A stretch of 64,000 bases of DNA from an uncultured Planctomycetaceae bacterium (GCA_963813715.1 CAWFAK010000018.1:35526-99525); one strand, 5' to 3'. Shown: positions 36,426-52,387, counted from the first letter of the stretch. Program-made: numbers and translations. The notes: generated from the letters alone by a model not told the origin.

Positions 36426-37409
36426 ATGCTCGCCTTCCTTGTTCGCCGCCTGCTGATCGGCGCCGTCACGCTGCTGTTGATCACGTTCATCCTCTATGGA
36501 CTGATCCGCAAGATGCCGGGCACGCCCCTGACCGTGAACATGGCGGAGGTCGACCCCAGCAAGCGGCTCTCGCCGGAGGATCTCGAGCGGCTGAACAAGG
36601 CCTACGGCCTCGACAAACCCTGGACGACGGCCTACGTCTACTGGCTCGGCAACGTCTTCCGACTCGACCTGGGTTCGTCGTTCACGTTCAAACAGCCCGT
36701 GTTGAAAGTGATCGTCGACCGGTTGCCAGCCACGCTCGTTCTTTCGATCACGTCAATCACGATGAGCTACCTCGTCTCGATTGTGCTGGGCCTGTTCTCC
36801 GCGGCCCGCAACGGCCGGGTCGAAGAACGGGCCCTCAGCGGCGGGCTCTATCTGCTCTATTCGTTTCCAGTGGTCGTGGCGGCCGTTTTCCTGCAGTACT
36901 GGTTCGCCGTCCAGCTGAAGTGGCTGCCCATCTACGGCATGCGGTCGACCGAGATTTACAACAACCTGAGCACATTCGAACGCGTCCGCGACATCCTCTG
37001 GCACTCGGTGCTGCCGATCGTCTGCGAAACGTACGGCGTGCTGGCGTATTACACCCGCTTCGTCCATACGAACCTGCAGGAGGTCATTCGGCAGGATTAC
37101 GTGCGGACGGCTAAGGCCAAGGGAGTCGGTCCGGTGCGAGTGCTGGTGCACCACGCCTTTCGCAATACGCTGATTCCGCTGGTAACGATGCTGGGCCTGA
37201 CGCTGCCGGCCCTGTTGAGCGGAGCGATCATTGTTGAGCGGATCTTTGCCTGGCCGGGGATGGGGCAGCTCTTCTTCAATTCGATCACCGAACGTGATTA
37301 CCCGGTCATCATGGGGCTGGTGCTGATGTTCTCGATGTTGACGCTGGCCGGGCAGTTGCTCGCCGACGTCCTCTATGCGATCGTCGACCCCCGAGTGAGG
37401 CTGTCGTGA
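36426..37409 (+). CDS. Peptide ABC transporter permease (OppB/DppB-like)
   Basis: DYVRTAKAKG, HAFRNTLIP, DPRVR. Confidence 0.94.
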   Translation: MLAFLVRRLLIGAVTLLLITFILYGLIRKMPGTPLTVNMAEVDPSKRLSPEDLERLNKAYGLDKPWTTAYVYWLGNVFRLDLGSSFTFKQPVLKVIVDRLPATLVLSITSITMSYLVSIVLGLFSAARNGRVEERALSGGLYLLYSFPVVVAAVFLQYWFAVQLKWLPIYGMRSTEIYNNLSTFERVRDILWHSVLPIVCETYGVLAYYTRFVHTNLQEVIRQDYVRTAKAKGVGPVRVLVHHAFRNTLIPLVTMLGLTLPALLSGAIIVERIFAWPGMGQLFFNSITERDYPVIMGLVLMFSMLTLAGQLLADVLYAIVDPRVRLS

Positions 37410-38485
37410 GCGCACGCGTCCGCAAGTCGCCTGGATTCTGGCGCGAGACATGGACTCGCTTCCGGCGGCAATGGCTCGCCTCGTCGGCACTGATCTACAT
37501 CATCTTTTTGGGACTCGTCGCCCTGTTTGCACCGGCCATTGCCGGGACCAAGCCCATCGTCTGTCGCTACAAGGGACACATCTATTTCCCCTGCCTGGGC
37601 TACTTCGAGAGCAGCTGGGAGAACCCGATCTTTCAGCGCGACGGCTTTCGCAAGGAGTACACACCCAAGCGATTTCACGCCAAAGATCCCCAAAGTTGGC
37701 AGATCTGGCCGCTGGTCTACCAGGATCCTTATCGCCGAGTGCGGGCCGACGAATGGCCGGGCCAGCCGGCCAATCCGACGCACGAGGACGGGCGGCCCAG
37801 CCGCTACAACTGGTTCGGCACGAACGAGGACGGTGTCGACGTTTTCGCTCAGATGGTGCACGGGACCACGATCGCGCTCTTGGTCGGGTTCGTCTCGATG
37901 GGCATCGCGACAGCCCTGGGCATCACGCTGGGGGCGATTGGCGGGTTCGCCGGCGGCACCGTAGACATGCTCATCAGCCGCATCACTGAGGTCGTGCTCT
38001 GCATTCCGACGCTCGTGCTAATCCTGGCGCTTTTGGCGGTCGTCGAGCATCCGAGCATCTGGCACATGATGGTGGTGATCGGCTGCACGGGTTGGACTAA
38101 CATCGCCCGTCTCACCCGGGCCGAGTTTCTGCGGCTGAAGCAAATGGATTTCGTGGCGGCGGCGCGTGCACTCGGTCTCGGATGGCCGCGGATCGTCTTT
38201 CGCCACATCCTGCCCAACGCGCTCACGCCCGTGCTTGTGCCGATTGCCTTCGGCGTCGCGTCGGCCATTCTGATCGAGGCCAGCCTGAGCTTCCTCGGAT
38301 TCGGCACGCCGCCTCCCAACCCGAGTTGGGGAACGCTGCTCAACCAGGGGCGCGAGGACCGCGACCTCTGGTGGCTGATCTTCTTTCCCGGCACCGCCAT
38401 CTTTCTGGTCGTGCTGGCCTATAACCTGATCGGCGAGGGGCTGCAGCGGGCCATCGATCCGCACTTGCGAAAGAGCGAAGGCTAA
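37406..38485 (+). CDS. Peptide ABC transporter permease (OppC/DppC-like)
   Basis: [29 protein letters not shown]. Confidence 0.94.
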   Translation: MSARVRKSPGFWRETWTRFRRQWLASSALIYIIFLGLVALFAPAIAGTKPIVCRYKGHIYFPCLGYFESSWENPIFQRDGFRKEYTPKRFHAKDPQSWQIWPLVYQDPYRRVRADEWPGQPANPTHEDGRPSRYNWFGTNEDGVDVFAQMVHGTTIALLVGFVSMGIATALGITLGAIGGFAGGTVDMLISRITEVVLCIPTLVLILALLAVVEHPSIWHMMVVIGCTGWTNIARLTRAEFLRLKQMDFVAAARALGLGWPRIVFRHILPNALTPVLVPIAFGVASAILIEASLSFLGFGTPPPNPSWGTLLNQGREDRDLWWLIFFPGTAIFLVVLAYNLIGEGLQRAIDPHLRKSEG

Positions 38486-38491
38486 AGCGCG

Positions 38492-40375
<1,884 letters not shown>

Positions 40376-40518
40376 GCGTCGGCCGACGGTACGAGCGGCC
40401 GAGCCTACCAAAGCGGATGGTGACCAACTAAACGCCGCAAGAGGCCGATCTGGCCGGCGTCGCGGCGAGCAGATGATTGGTATAGTCGCGGGCGTGGCCG
40501 GTCGATTCCGCCAGTTGC

Positions 40519-42939
40519 TCAGCGCGTCGCATTCGAGGCGTTCCCAGGGGCTCGGCGGCGCGGATCGCGCAGCGCCCCTTCGAGGGAAGTCAGATCGCGA
40601 TCCAGCTCCTCGACCACGGACGGCGAGAGATCTTCCTCGCCAAACCGCACTCGATAGAAGAACTCGACCAGTCGCGGCGGGAGCTCGGGCAGACCATCGG
40701 CGCTCACGACCACTTCGCGAATGCGGTTGCGGACCGACCCGGCAAACTCGCGCTGCGTTTCGTGGCTGGGGCGGACGAGTCCCAGTTGCCGGCAGAGCGC
40801 CTCGAACCGCTCGTAAAAGGCGACGCGAATCTCGCGGGCCGTCTTCCGCGGTTTCCACAGACTGAGGAACCACCGCCAGATCCGCTTCCGCATGCGAAAC
40901 AGAAGCGTGAGCACGGTGATGATGGCTCCCAGGCTGACGGCGACGGCGATTCCTTTCAGAGTGAACCACTGCGTGGGATCGGTGGCAAAATCGATCAGTC
41001 CGTAATACAGCAACGCCAGTAAGGGACGCTCGCCGCTCTTCGGGTTCCACCAGTTCTGCACGGCATCGCGAATCGGAACATAGAGCGAGGTCTGCTGCTC
41101 GTTGATGTTCATGTTCATGAGCTGCGACCAGGTGGCGTCGACGACCGAGGCCAGCTCGTGCACGGTTTTCACCGGAGCGGCAAAGCTGGCCACACTGACG
41201 TCGCGGGCCGCGGGCGTCGGGTCGATCGTCATCCAGCGATCGGGCTCGACGAGGGCCTCCACCCAAACGTGGGCGTGGCGCTGCTCGACCTCGTAGGCGC
41301 CCGAGATCGCGTTGATGGTGCCCCCCTTAAAGCCGGAGACAAGCCGCGTCGGCACCCCGACCGACCGCAGCATCAATGCCAGGGCGGAGGCGAAGTATTC
41401 GCAATGGCCGGTCTTGCGATTGACGAGAAAATCCTCCAACGGATCGACCTTCGGATCCCGGGGCGACGTATCGAGCGAGTAAGCGTATTGGCCGCTGTCG
41501 CGCAAGAAACTGGACAGGCGCGCGATCAAGCGACGAGCAAGCTCGGCCGCCTGTGCGTCGTTCAACGACTCAGTGACCTGCTCGTTCCCGGTCACTTTCA
41601 GGGCGAGAGCCTTCAAACGCGGCAAATCGGGCACCGCCAGCAGCGGATCGTGGGGGCGCAGTCGAATGGGGAAGTGCATCTTGCCCAGGTCCTGAGCCGC
41701 TTGGTCCGCGGGCGGGGAGTAAACGTCGTACAGCAGCGATTTGTCCGAGGCGACTGTATCGGGGCGGAGCAACTCCTGCGTGAACCGAATCGTCTGCACT
41801 AGGTCCTGCGGGTTCGCTAGTCGCACGGATTGGACCGGATGGATGGCGAACAGCAGGGAGGTGCCAATTGGCTCCATCAGGATCTGTTGGCGGACGGCGC
41901 CCGCCGGCCGACGGCGTGACTTCGTCTCCGCCGAACTCAGGTGTCCGTTGCCCTTCCAGGTCGACTCCTCGTATTTTTCGAGCGTGGTGCCGCGGAACAG
42001 GGGCTCGGCATAGCCGGCTTGCGCGCAATACTCCTCGACGTCGAGCGGATTGCCGTCGTTGTCGAACAGGCGGACCTGCAGCACGCGCTTGGAATTCTCC
42101 AACAGCGGCACCATGTCGCCCAGCCGCACTTCGTTGCTGAAACCGGTTGCGCCGATTGCGTCGGACTTGCGCTCATTCTTGCCCCATTCGTTCCGCCCGG
42201 CCCAGAGCCGGGGAATGAACAGGAAGAACGCGGCGGCAACCACCAGGGCCGCCATCCCCAGCGCCAGGATCGACCGCGCGTAGCGGAGCCCCAGCCAGCG
42301 CTCATCGGGATTGAGCTGGAACGCGCCGCGCGCGGCGCTCGGACGCATCCACAGAGACCGCGCCCGCTCAGCGGCCGCTTTACGTCCCATCCGCCAGCCG
42401 CCGGTTGAGCGGGCGACCGTGACGGGCCGCACGGCGAAATCGCCCGGTCCGCCGGCCTCGTATTGCAGGTAGGCTTCGTACAGCGACATCAGCGACAGGG
42501 TCCAGATCGAAACGAACATGAATCCGACCAGCATGCCGCCGTACGAGGTTTCGATCGTCAGAATCGAGCCGACGGCCACCTGCAAGACAGCCAGCGCGCA
42601 CATCCACCAGTACTGGGTCAGATTCTTTTTCTGGAAGAGCACGATCCAGGTGAGATAAACGAGCAAGTGAGAGGCGATGAGCACTCGTTGCTCGAGCGTT
42701 TGGTGTCGCATCTGCCAACCGGCCAGCACGAAGACAGCGACGCCCAGCGTGTTGGCCCACAACACTGGCAGATGGACAGTCCGCGCCCGATCGGTGAGCA
42801 CGTAGGCGATGATCGCCAGTGCCGGCGTGAGAATCTGGGGGAACGGGCTTCCTTCGGCGAAAGCCAGCATCAGGCCGGCCAGCGCCACCAACCCATAGAT
42901 GCTGATGAAAAAGGCGGTCGGAATCCGGGACACGCGCAC
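40519..42939 (-). CDS. DUF3488 / transglutaminase-like (TgpA family) membrane protein
   Basis: Multi-TM N-terminus, GHCEYFASALALMLR, HAHVWVE, DPTP. Confidence 0.92.
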   Translation of the reverse strand: MRVSRIPTAFFISIYGLVALAGLMLAFAEGSPFPQILTPALAIIAYVLTDRARTVHLPVLWANTLGVAVFVLAGWQMRHQTLEQRVLIASHLLVYLTWIVLFQKKNLTQYWWMCALAVLQVAVGSILTIETSYGGMLVGFMFVSIWTLSLMSLYEAYLQYEAGGPGDFAVRPVTVARSTGGWRMGRKAAAERARSLWMRPSAARGAFQLNPDERWLGLRYARSILALGMAALVVAAAFFLFIPRLWAGRNEWGKNERKSDAIGATGFSNEVRLGDMVPLLENSKRVLQVRLFDNDGNPLDVEEYCAQAGYAEPLFRGTTLEKYEESTWKGNGHLSSAETKSRRRPAGAVRQQILMEPIGTSLLFAIHPVQSVRLANPQDLVQTIRFTQELLRPDTVASDKSLLYDVYSPPADQAAQDLGKMHFPIRLRPHDPLLAVPDLPRLKALALKVTGNEQVTESLNDAQAAELARRLIARLSSFLRDSGQYAYSLDTSPRDPKVDPLEDFLVNRKTGHCEYFASALALMLRSVGVPTRLVSGFKGGTINAISGAYEVEQRHAHVWVEALVEPDRWMTIDPTPAARDVSVASFAAPVKTVHELASVVDATWSQLMNMNINEQQTSLYVPIRDAVQNWWNPKSGERPLLALLYYGLIDFATDPTQWFTLKGIAVAVSLGAIITVLTLLFRMRKRIWRWFLSLWKPRKTAREIRVAFYERFEALCRQLGLVRPSHETQREFAGSVRNRIREVVVSADGLPELPPRLVEFFYRVRFGEEDLSPSVVEELDRDLTSLEGALRDPRRRAPGNASNATR

Positions 42940-43109
42940 TCCTGGGTTGTCAGTCAGCCAAAATGTTTGGCGGTCGGAAAAGTTTGGCGGCCGCCAGCCT
43001 CTGGCAATTCAGTCTCTGGCAATGACGAGCATCGGCTTTCGAGCCGACCAGGCGCTTGCCCGCTGTTCGTTAGACGCATTCTGTGGAGGAACCGTTCAGA
43101 AGTTTTGGG

Positions 43110-44508
43110 CTAAACGAATTCAAAAATTGAGGCCAGGCGATCGTAATCGGCCTCCACGATCTCGAGCGGACCGGCAGCGTCATGGACCGTCTCTTGCGAA
43201 ACGATGCGTTCGAGATCCTGCCGCCCCGCCGAGCTGAGCGCACGCGGGGTCACGAGCACGATCCGCGCGCCCGCAGTCGCTTCGAGGCGGCCTGCTGCAA
43301 CATCGCAGCCACCGCGGGTTGGGGTGCGCCTTCCGCCGTGGCGTAGAGGTCCATCAGCGGGTCGACGTTGGACATCCGCGATTCGCCGTTCCAGCGCGCA
43401 GCTGCTTGCCCGCCAGCGCCACCTGCAGCGTCGAGTCGCGGCTTTCCTTCATGTGCGAGACGCACATCGTCGCCGCCACGCAAAGGGCCAGCTCCATCCG
43501 TTCCCGGTCCTGCGGTTCGGGCCGGGCCGGAAGCCACAAGTCCACCATCACCACCAGGTTCAAGTCGCGGCTCTGGTGATATTCGCGAATCATCAGGGAG
43601 TTGTGCCGGGCCGAACTCCGCCAATGAATGGCCCGCGGGTTGTCGCCCCAGCGATATTCGCGGATGCGATGGAACTCGTCGTCGAAAGCGCCCTGGCGCA
43701 GCTCGCGGCGCTCGACCAGGTCGGAGGCGAGGAAATGCTCGCGCATCCAACGCGATGAAAGCCGTCCCAGCCGCGGATAAACCAGGATTTCCCCCGGCAG
43801 CGCATACATGTGGCCGCGTTCGACAATTCCCAGAGGAAAACGGGCCGTGAGCCGGGCCGGACCGAGCCGGTAGCGCCCCCGCCGATTGAGCCGCGCCTGG
43901 TAGTGCCCCGATTGCCGCTCGCCGGCTGGAACCCGGGCGAAGAGCAGGCTCGGTTCTAGCTGTTCTTCGTTATTCTCGATCGTGTCTCGCACCGACATCA
44001 GCCAGCAGCTCATCAGCCGCTTTTTGTTGGCCAGGATCAATTCGACCGTCATCGGTTCGCCGGCCATCACCCGGGCGGGGGCCACGCGTTCCACGGCCGT
44101 CCGTTTAAGCATCGAATACGTGATCCAGCCATTGATCACGAACGGGCCGGCCATCATCGAAAAGACCAGCATCAACATGTTCGACCGACCCAGCAGCGAT
44201 CCGGAAAAAATCAGGATCATGATCACCAGGTAAAACTGCCCGGTCCGCGGCAGCGACACCCGGTTCCAGCTGAGCTGGAACCGCCGCGGCAGGGCCAGGG
44301 GGATATCGGTGAACGCCCGCGCCACGCCCCAGACGAGCGCGGCAATGGCGCCGCCATACATTAGCAGCCGCTCAGTCTCGCCGAGATCGTAAAAGACGAA
44401 GTCGAACTTCCAGAACACGAACAGCGCGCCGCCGCCGAGCAAGATGGCCAGCATAGCCGGGAGGGGGAGCATCAATCCGGAGGATCGCTGTCGGTCCGAA
44501 GAGCTCAT
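43110..44508 (-). CDS. DUF58 domain protein (3' frameshifts)
   Basis: RRGRYRLG, FPLG, EFHRIREYRWGDNPRAIHWRSSAR. Confidence 0.88.
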
Positions 44509-44700
44509 AGCGGTCGCTTGGGGGGCCGCGGACGAAAGGGGGCCGCGTCGACCCACCGGCGCGGTCCCCGCATGGTAACAGATTTCGTGCGGGCGGCGAA
44601 CGAGGTGCCGAAACTTTTGCACTTGGGAAGCACCAAGAAACGCACGACCGCGCCGAGGCAGCTTCACGGCAGCGGCCGAGCGACGGCCGGCGCGAGCGCG

Positions 44701-46216
44701 TTACGCAAGCATCTCCGCCACGGGCGATGCGTCGTCCGGCAAGAGACCGATCGGACGGCCCGCGCGGTCCGGCAAGCGAGTCCGCTGATCGATGCCGAGC
44801 AAGTGATAGGCGGTGGCCAGCAGATCTTTGGGCGAAACGGGCCGGTCCTTCACGTCGCCCGCAACATCGTCGGTCGAACCGACCACGCGGCCGCGGGCGA
44901 TGCCGCCGCCGGCAAACAGGGCCGAATAGGCGCGCGACCAGTGATCGCGACCGCCTCCCTCGACGTTGGCCAGCTTGGGCGTGCGTCCGTGTTCGCTGAG
45001 ACAGATCACGAGCGTGTCGTCTAACATCCCGCGGCGTTCCAGGTCGAGGATCAATCCCGAGTACGCGAGATCGAAGTTGGGCAGCAGCTGGTCGATCATC
45101 CGCGGAAAGTGATTGAAATGCGTGTCCCAGGCGTCGCCCGCCAGGCCGTATTCGTCCCAAAAGACAGAGACGAACCGTGTGCCGGCTTCGACCAGTCGAC
45201 GCGCCGCCAGGCACGACTGGCCGAAGAGCGTCATGCCGTACAGGTCGCGCGTGGCCGCCGGCTCACGCCGAACATCCAGCGCCTGGGCGACCTTTGGCGA
45301 AGTTAGCATGGAGAACGCCGTCTGTTGAAACCGCGTGAGCGGACGAACCGCCGTGGAGCTGCTCGAGGTCGCTCCGCATCGCGTCGAACTGGGCGAGCAG
45401 GGACCGCCGCCGATCCATGCGATCGAGCGACATGCCCGGCAGCACGCCGGTATTCGACATGCGGAACGTGCTGTCGCGCGTGCAGCCCAGATAGGGCTCT
45501 TTGCCATGGAAGGAAAAGCCGCCGGCTCGCGCCTTGACGATGGACTTGGTTCCTTCGCCAACGAACTCGGTCCACTTGGGACAGTATTCGCCTCCCAGAT
45601 AGGCCGCATAAGGACCGGCTCGGTGCGATTCGTCCGTCCGCTGGCTGCTAAACGGGAATGGCAGGAACACGTTATCGACGGCGTTGACGCTGTGCCCGCC
45701 TGCGCGGCGCTGCAAGTATTCGACGATCGATCCGATGTACGGCTGGTGCCGCGGATCGCTGGGGCTCAACTCCATCGCGACGTCGATCGCGGGGGTGCCG
45801 GTGGTGGCGAAGGCGACGCCGTGGATCGGATACGGATGCGTGACCGATCGGACGACGGTCACCCGGTCCATCACCCGGGCGGTGTGGGGCAGGTGTTCGA
45901 CGACGTCGAGTCCGGGCAGCGACGACGGAATCGGCTTCATCGTTCCCCGGATCTCGACCGGGGCGTTCGGCTTCATGTCGAACGTTTCGAGCTGGCTTGG
46001 CGATCCGTAGAGAAAGAGCAGAATGCAGTGCTTGGCGCGGCCGAAGCTCGCTGCGAGGTCGCCGCGCACGGCGGGCTGCGCTTCTGCAGCGTGACTTTGT
46101 GCCGCCAGCAGCCGCGGCAGCGTCAACCCGAGCAAACCAGCTCCGCCGACGTGCAAGAGATCGCGTCGGCTGATTCCATCGCACAGGTGTTTGCGGTTGC
46201 CCAGGATTCGCAGCAT
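44701..46216 (-). CDS. DUF1501 domain protein with Tat-like signal (frameshift near 45330)
   Basis: SRRDLLHVG, GSPSQLETFDMKP, FGQSCLAARRLVEAG, WDTH, EHGRTPK, GRDHW. Confidence 0.92.
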
Positions 46217-46291
46217 CGATCCCGATTCTAGCGTCAACGAGCGCGCGCCCTCAAGACGGAGCCCCTTGGCCTCGCTTACTCGTGCGAATCT

Positions 46292-47125
46292 TCAGTCGTG
46301 CGAATGTTCAGGGCCGGGATACGAACCGTTCCGCACTTCGGACGTGTACTGCGTCGCCGCGCGAATGGCTTCCTCGCGCAAATTGGCGAAGCGCTTGAGG
46401 AATCGTGGGTGAAAGTCGGTCACGCCCAGCATGTCGTATCCCACCAGCACCTGTCCGTCGCACGCGGGTCCCGCACCGATGCCGATCGTCGGGATCGACA
46501 GCTCGCTCGTGATCCGGGCGGCAACTGCCTGCGGAATCAGTTCGAGCACGATCGAAAAGGCACCTGCCTGCTCGGCCGCCCGCGCATCGACAATCAGCGT
46601 CTCTTCGTCGCGCTGAATCTTCCCCATCCCGCCCAGCGAACGGACCGATTGGGGCTTCATGCCTTCATGGGCCATGACGGGAATGCCCGCGACCGTCAGC
46701 GCGCGGATTGTGTCCGCCTGCGCCTGCCCACCTTCGACCTTGACGGCCGACGCCCCGGACTCCTTCAGGATCCGCCCGGCGTTCCGCACGGCCTCCTTCG
46801 GACTCACCTGATAAGACATAAAGGGCATATCGACGATCACCAGGGCCCGACGGGTACCGCGGACCACAAGCTTGGCGTGGTAGATGATTTCGTCGAGGGT
46901 CACTGGCAGCGTCGTGGCGTGCCCCTGGACGACCATGGCAACCGAATCGCCCACCAGGAGGGCATCGACCCCTGCGGCGTCGAAGATGCCGGCCCAGGAG
47001 AAGTCGTAAGCCGTTAGGACAGAAAGTTTTGTGCCGCTCGCCTTGGCGGCCACAAACCGCGGAACGGTCATCACCGCAGACGAAGTCGGGGTATCGGCGG
47101 GCGTTTTCTTGGGTTTGGCGGACAT
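46292..47125 (-). CDS. panB: 3-methyl-2-oxobutanoate hydroxymethyltransferase
   Basis: LTAYD, LLVGDS, DMPFMSY, VKVEGG, PTIGIGAG, DGQVLV. Confidence 0.96.
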   Translation of the reverse strand: MSAKPKKTPADTPTSSAVMTVPRFVAAKASGTKLSVLTAYDFSWAGIFDAAGVDALLVGDSVAMVVQGHATTLPVTLDEIIYHAKLVVRGTRRALVIVDMPFMSYQVSPKEAVRNAGRILKESGASAVKVEGGQAQADTIRALTVAGIPVMAHEGMKPQSVRSLGGMGKIQRDEETLIVDARAAEQAGAFSIVLELIPQAVAARITSELSIPTIGIGAGPACDGQVLVGYDMLGVTDFHPRFLKRFANLREEAIRAATQYTSEVRNGSYPGPEHSHD

Positions 47126-47688
47126 TGTAAACGAGTATCCCATTCGGCTCTTCCACCTGACAAGGGTCCGCCGTCGAGTAGGGTCTCGACCGCTTTTTGG
47201 CCGGGTGTAGCAAAAATGCGCGCCCATTTTGTGTACGATTGTTGGAAAACACTACACCCCTGGACGATGTGTCTCTCATGCTTCAAGAACATTTCTTTTG
47301 CCGTAAAACAATACTCCGAAATGTGTTGAGGAAATCCGCCCTCCAGAATCGTAATTCGGCACGAAGAGTGCATTTACTTGTAGATCGCCGGGAAGCAAGC
47401 GTTGGCCCGCACTTGCAACCTGGATTATTCGGAAGGCCTTCCGACCAACCGTGTTGGTCGGAAGGCCTTTTTTCTTGCGCGACTGCTCTCCCGGACAGCT
47501 GACACCGGGTCGAGACGAAGTGTCCGCAGAGCTCGCCTGCGGCTGCGTCCCGTCGGTTGCGACCCGGTGACTGCTCCGCTATCGTCGCTGGGCTTACAAT
47601 TTTCTGACCGCGGAGGCAGCCCTCGCGCAACCGCACGAGCGGTGGCGCCTGTCCGCGTGAAGAATGCCGCAACCAATAGGTCGCCAGC

Positions 47689-48776
<1,088 letters not shown>

Positions 48777-48870
48777 ACTGGCCTGATTCAAATTGGCCGG
48801 GTGCAAACTGGCCGAACGCCCAAAGCGGCTTCGTTCCCTTCACGCACGACCAACGACAGGGATCGTTTGG

Positions 48871-50027
48871 ATGTTGACCAAAGACGGTTGCCTGTCGCGA
48901 CGGCGGCGCCTCTGGGAGGCGGTCGACTCGCAGATCGAGTGGCTGTTGATCGCCGATCCGCGACACGTCAACTATCTGGCCAACTTTTGGATCCATCCGC
49001 TCAGTTTTTCCGCCGGCGAGCGTGGCCTGCTCCTGTTGGAGCGCGATAACGGCGCCACGTTGCTCTGCGACAACTTCGCGCTGGGCTCGAAATCCGCCGA
49101 GCCGCACGTCGATCGGCAAGTGGTCGAGACCTGGTACGACCATCAACACTCGCCGGTGAACCGCGACCACGCGCTCCTCCAGGCATTGCAGCGGGTCGCC
49201 GGACAGCTCGAGGGCCGCCGCGGATTGGTCGAATCCGAATGGCTGCCGCTGGCCGCGTGGGAGATTCTTCCGACCGGCCGACGTGCAGAATCGACCGCAG
49301 AGCGAACACCCGACGAGCCTGGGCACGATCCTCCGCCAGTTGCGTCGCCGCAAAGACGCGGACGAGCTCACGCTGCTGCGGCAGTGCATGCGGGCCGGAG
49401 ATGCCGGGCACGCCGCGGGCCTGGGACGTCATCCGCGCGGGCGTCTCCGAAATGGACGTCTTTCGCGAGGTTCAGAACGCGGCCATCTCCGCCGCCGCCC
49501 GTCCCGGCCAGATCTACGGCGACTTCCGGGCGACGACGAACAAGCAACCACACCTGGGCGGCCTGCCGACGGCCTATCGCCTGCAGCTGGGCGATTTGTT
49601 CATTCTGGACTTCTCGGTCGTGCTCAACGGCTATCGCAGCGACTTCACGAACACGATCGCCGTCGGCGTCCCGACCATTCGCCAACAAGAGATGTTCCAG
49701 ATTTGTGCGGCGGCCCTGCGGAGCGGTGAATCGGTGCTCCGCGCCGGCACGCGCGCAGCAGACGTCTACGCCGCCGTTTCGCAGCCGTTCGTCGACGCCG
49801 GCAAGCCGCGGCTGCCGCACCACGCCGGACACGGCATCGGCTTGGCCCATCCGGAGCCTCCCATCTTCGTCCCAGAAAGCCAAGATGTGCTGTTGGCGGG
49901 CGACGTCGTGACGCTCGAGCCCGGTTCGTATGAGCTCGGCATCGGCGGGATGCGGTTCGAGCACAACTACTTGATTACCGAAACCGGGGCCGAGCGTTTG
50001 AGCAATCATCGCATCACGTTGACCTGA
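48871..50027 (+). CDS. M24 family (Xaa-Pro) peptidase (frameshifted)
   Basis: [37 protein letters not shown]. Confidence 0.88.
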
Positions 50028-50059
50028 TCCGTTCCTCTTTTCTTGCTCATCGGTGTCGC

Positions 50060-51241
50060 ATGCCCGCCCCCTTTCCTTGGATAGCGGAAGAGCTGGAAAC
50101 GCTTGCCGAGCAGGGCTTGCTGCGGCGACGACGGACGGCTCGTCGGCTCGCCGGCGGGTGGTGCGAAATCGATGGACGCAAACTGGTCGACTTTGCCTCC
50201 AACGATTATCTCGGCCTGTCGCACCATCCCCACGTGGTGGCGGCGGCTCAGCGTGCAATCGCGGAATGCGGCACCGGTTCGGGCGCGAGCGCTCTCGTCG
50301 TGGGCCGCTCGATCTGGCACGAGCGATTGGAACGTCGCCTGGCCCACTTTGAAGGGCAGGAAGCCGCGATCCTGTTCCCCACCGGTTACGCAGCGAACGT
50401 GGGCACGATTGCCGCGCTCGTGGGGAACGACGATGCCATCTATTCAGACAGCCTCAATCATGCGAGTCTGATCGACGGTTGCCGGCTCAGCGGCGCGACC
50501 GTGCACGTTTACAATCATCACGCACTCGTGAGCCTGGAAGGTCGCCTGTCAGCCGGTCGCAACTTTCGCCGCCGGCTGATCGTCACTGACGGCATCTTCA
50601 GCATGGACGGCGTGCCCGCGCCGCTGCCCGACTTGTGTGCCCTGGCACGCCGGCACGACGCGCAGGTCCTGGTCGACGAGGCGCACGCGACGGGCGTCTT
50701 CGGCCGTCACGGACGGGGAACGTCCGAACTGCTCGACGTCGAAAAATCGGTCGCCGTCCGCGTCGGCACGTTGAGTAAGGCGATCGGTGCCGTGGGTGGA
50801 TTTGTCAGTGGCAGCCGCACGCTGATCGACTGGCTCTGGAACCGCGCTCGCCCGCAGATTTTTTCGACCGCAGCTCCCCCGGCCGGGTGCGCCGCGGCCT
50901 GCGCCGCCTTGGACATCATCGAAACTCAGCCCGCGCTCCGCGAACGACTGCTGGTGTTGAGCCAGCAACTGCGCGACGGCATTCGCCAGTTGGGCCTGGA
51001 GACGATTGCCGGCGGCAGCGGCCCGATCGTTCCCGTCCTGCTTAACGACGCGCCGCTGGCGGTCCGCGTCGCCGAAGCGCTCGAGCAGCAGGGGTTCTTC
51101 GTCGGCGTCATGCGTCCACCGTCGGTGCCGAACGAGTCGCCACGGTTGCGAATCACGGTTTCGGCCGCGCATGAGCCGCAAATGATCGAGCGGCTGCTCG
51201 GCGCGCTCAAGATTGTCGCGGCTGCCGAGCAGGCGGTTTAA
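50060..51241 (+). CDS. bioF: 8-amino-7-oxononanoate synthase
   Basis: [39 protein letters not shown]. Confidence 0.92.
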   Translation: MPAPFPWIAEELETLAEQGLLRRRRTARRLAGGWCEIDGRKLVDFASNDYLGLSHHPHVVAAAQRAIAECGTGSGASALVVGRSIWHERLERRLAHFEGQEAAILFPTGYAANVGTIAALVGNDDAIYSDSLNHASLIDGCRLSGATVHVYNHHALVSLEGRLSAGRNFRRRLIVTDGIFSMDGVPAPLPDLCALARRHDAQVLVDEAHATGVFGRHGRGTSELLDVEKSVAVRVGTLSKAIGAVGGFVSGSRTLIDWLWNRARPQIFSTAAPPAGCAAACAALDIIETQPALRERLLVLSQQLRDGIRQLGLETIAGGSGPIVPVLLNDAPLAVRVAEALEQQGFFVGVMRPPSVPNESPRLRITVSAAHEPQMIERLLGALKIVAAAEQAV

Positions 51242-51246
51242 TCGCC

Positions 51247-52153
51247 ATGTTTCCCGCTCGCACCGGCTTCGAGCAGGAATACCCATTCGCGTCGCATGAA
51301 TTAAAGTTCGACGGGCTGCGCTATCACTACGTTGACGAAGGCTCCGGCCCGACGTTGCTCTTCGTCCATGGCAACCCGACCTGGAGCTTCGCCTTTCGCA
51401 ACCTGATCAAGGCGCTCTCGCCCAGCTACCGGGTGCTGGCCGTCGACCATATCGGCTGCGGTTTTTCCGACAAACCGCAGAACTATCCGTACCGACCTGG
51501 CGCAACACGTCGCCAACCTCGAACGGTTTGTCACCGAACTGGACCTCCGCGACATCACGCTCTTCGCCCACGATTGGGGCGGAGCCATTGGGATGGGAGT
51601 GGCCACGCGACTGCCCGAGCGATTCTCGCGGTTCGTGCTCTTCAATACGGCCGCCTTTCGTTCGCAGCGGATCCCGCTCCGGATCGCCGTCTGCCGCATT
51701 CCGGGGCTCGGCGCGATCGGCGTGCGCGGTCTCAACCTGTTTTCGCGGGCCGCGCTGCGAATGGCGGTCGCTCGACCTGATCGGCTGACGCCGGCGGTCC
51801 GCCGCGGATACCTGGCTCCTTATGGCAACTGGCACGATCGCGTCGCCGTGCTTCGCTTTGTTGCAGGACATTCCGCTCTCACCCACGCATCCGAGTTACG
51901 ACACGCTCGTCGCGATCGAAGAAGGACTTCCCAAGCTGCGCGATCGACCCATGCTTTTTGTCTGGGGCGAACGCGACTGGTGCTTCACGACGGAATTCCT
52001 GGACGAATTCCTGCGACGATTTCCCAACGCCGAAACGCTCCGGTTGCCGGACGCGGGACATTACGTGTTCGAGGACGCGGTTGAGCCGATTCTGCGCGCG
52101 TCCAGGAATTTCTCACGCGGCACACGGCGACGGTGGGAATCGCGCCGGAATGA
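51247..52153 (+). CDS. Alpha/beta hydrolase, haloalkane dehalogenase/OleB-like (frameshifted)
   Basis: [40 protein letters not shown]. Confidence 0.85.
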
Positions 52154-52387
52154 TCCGCGCAACACGCGGCGCGCGAAGCATTTTCGCTCGAAATTCTCCG
52201 CGGTTCGCCGCAAGACGCTGGGAGTGTTCATTTTGGACTCCACTTGATACATTCGCGCTCTTCTCGTGCGGCTTGCCATCGACGGCCGCGTTGCCTAGAG
52301 TTTTTCACGTCGCCTCTCGGCGGTCTTGTCGCTCACATGTCGGGTGGCCGATCCATGTCACCGCCGGCCGCGTCTTCGGGCGTTCGG

